IMG/VR virus record: IMGVR_UViG_3300037424_002358
Coordinates: 32,001 to 96,000 of that record
Length of the DNA stretch: 64,000 bases
Reading direction: 5' to 3' (one strand)
DNA from: a virus
This document shows positions 63,103-64,000 of the stretch, piece after piece; within the stretch, counting starts at the first letter, position 1; each line of letters begins with the position of its first letter. The notes below the pieces were generated by a model that made no database searches, was not told the DNA's origin, and saw only the letters and a program-made list of their open reading frames with translations. The position numbers and the translations under genes were made by a program.

Positions 63103-63316
63103 TCTTCTCCTGACCGCCTCCCTCGCAGACCAGCATCGGCAACTCCGCGGCTTAGTCGGGACCGAGGTGCGATACCGCGGCCGAGCCTACCGGGTGATCG
63201 ACGCGATGGGCGAGGACGACAACTTCGGACTCTTTCTCCAAGAGGCCCACCCCTCGGGCATCCCGACGACGCTGATCGTCTCCGGGGATGACCTGCGGGG
63301 CATCCAACTGCCATGA
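63086..63316 (+). CDS. Hypothetical protein
   Basis: GGAGG RBS before MATTLD. Confidence 0.5.
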   Translation: MATTLDLLLTASLADQHRQLRGLVGTEVRYRGRAYRVIDAMGEDDNFGLFLQEAHPSGIPTTLIVSGDDLRGIQLP

Positions 63317-63519
63317 GACTTCCGGGGACGCCCCTCTTCATCGAACGGGTGCCGGGACGCCCGACTGTCAGCATCAACCTGCACGACCTGTGGGTCGGTG
63401 TCTATTGGAAATACTGGCACACGCTGTTTGCCTCTCCCCATTGGACGCTCGATCTGTACATCTGCCCCTTCCCGGCGGTCCTGGTGGCCCTCCGTATTCA
63501 GAGGGGAGGGGCACCGTGA
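63313..63519 (+). CDS. Hypothetical protein
   Basis: DLWVGVYW...LYICP; ATGA overlap. Confidence 0.55.
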   Translation: MRLPGTPLFIERVPGRPTVSINLHDLWVGVYWKYWHTLFASPHWTLDLYICPFPAVLVALRIQRGGAP

Positions 63520-63680
63520 GACTGCGTAGCCTGCTCGTGGCCCTCGCCAGCGCCGCGTCCGCTGTCATGTGCGTCATCTTCATCGCGGCTTGGCTCCGTA
63601 CCGGCGACGAGACGATGGTTGTGGGGATTGGACCTACATTCCTCATCGCAATCCTGCTGATGGTCGAGGTGAACGCATGA
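63516..63680 (+). CDS. Small two-TM membrane protein
   Basis: GTGA overlap; hydrophobic. Confidence 0.5.
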   Translation: MRLRSLLVALASAASAVMCVIFIAAWLRTGDETMVVGIGPTFLIAILLMVEVNA

Positions 63681-64000
63681 ACAAGGAGAAGCGCTGATGG
63701 CCGGTTTCAAACCTTCCCCCGGCACGGCTGCCAAAGCGCTCGCCAAGCGAGTGCCCGACTTCGTCGGCATGCTCCGCATCGACGGCCTGACTCCAGGCGG
63801 GCGCGGTGGCTGGATGACCAAGAGCAAGTGGTCGCGCTTCTGGCTCGTCCGCGGCGAGGTCTATGCCGTCCGCTCCTCGTTCAGGCGGGCACCGACAAGC
63901 ACGGGCTTCCGCGCGGCCTCCAACGGACCATGCGCGATCTGCGGCGAGTACAACAAGGTGCCGGACCGTAGCCTCGTCTTCGCCCCCGACCCGCGGGCTG

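Noticed and set aside
1-64000. Integrase, att sites, transposases or prophage boundaries
   Set aside because: None was recognised, so prophage versus free phage cannot be decided from this window.

Overview
This 64 kb, GC-rich window is part of a large dsDNA phage or prophage genome. The host is possibly Chloroflexota/Anaerolineae, an inference from the Pro/Thr-rich secreted proteins, LCP, sortase and endolysin types. Genes from 1 to 60.1 kb are almost all on the minus strand, and a divergent plus-strand block starts at 60.2 kb. Read in the direction of transcription (right to left), the minus strand carries: GDP-mannose dehydratase, a cytosine methyltransferase with an overprinted ORF, a HerA-like ATPase, RtcB, a second DNA methyltransferase, MazG, terminase, a portal-MuF fusion, a 2647-aa polyvalent protein, an inserted accessory block of about 11 kb, the prohead protease/scaffold, the major capsid protein, and then a surface/glycan block (RmlD-like, glycosyltransferases, methyltransferases, atypical tRNA-Met, sortase plus substrate, papain-like peptidase, endolysin, LCP). 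The main discovery is a 21-aa tag, R-GGPGSGHFGH[AE]GR[PL]G[EQ][VI]GGS, present 12 times in three head-region genes. Ten copies divide the giant protein into cassettes: a 2H phosphoesterase, six paralogues of an unnamed PDG-H-GxR domain, an ART-like domain, a zincin and a JAB domain. Another copy precedes a SAM-lyase-like domain in the next gene. This suggests a protease-processed, capsid-packaged polyprotein of anti-defence effectors. A second candidate system is a phage-encoded set of sortase, sorted Thr/Pro-rich protein, LCP and glycosyltransferases for host surface display. All functional calls come from motifs read by eye; no database search was run.
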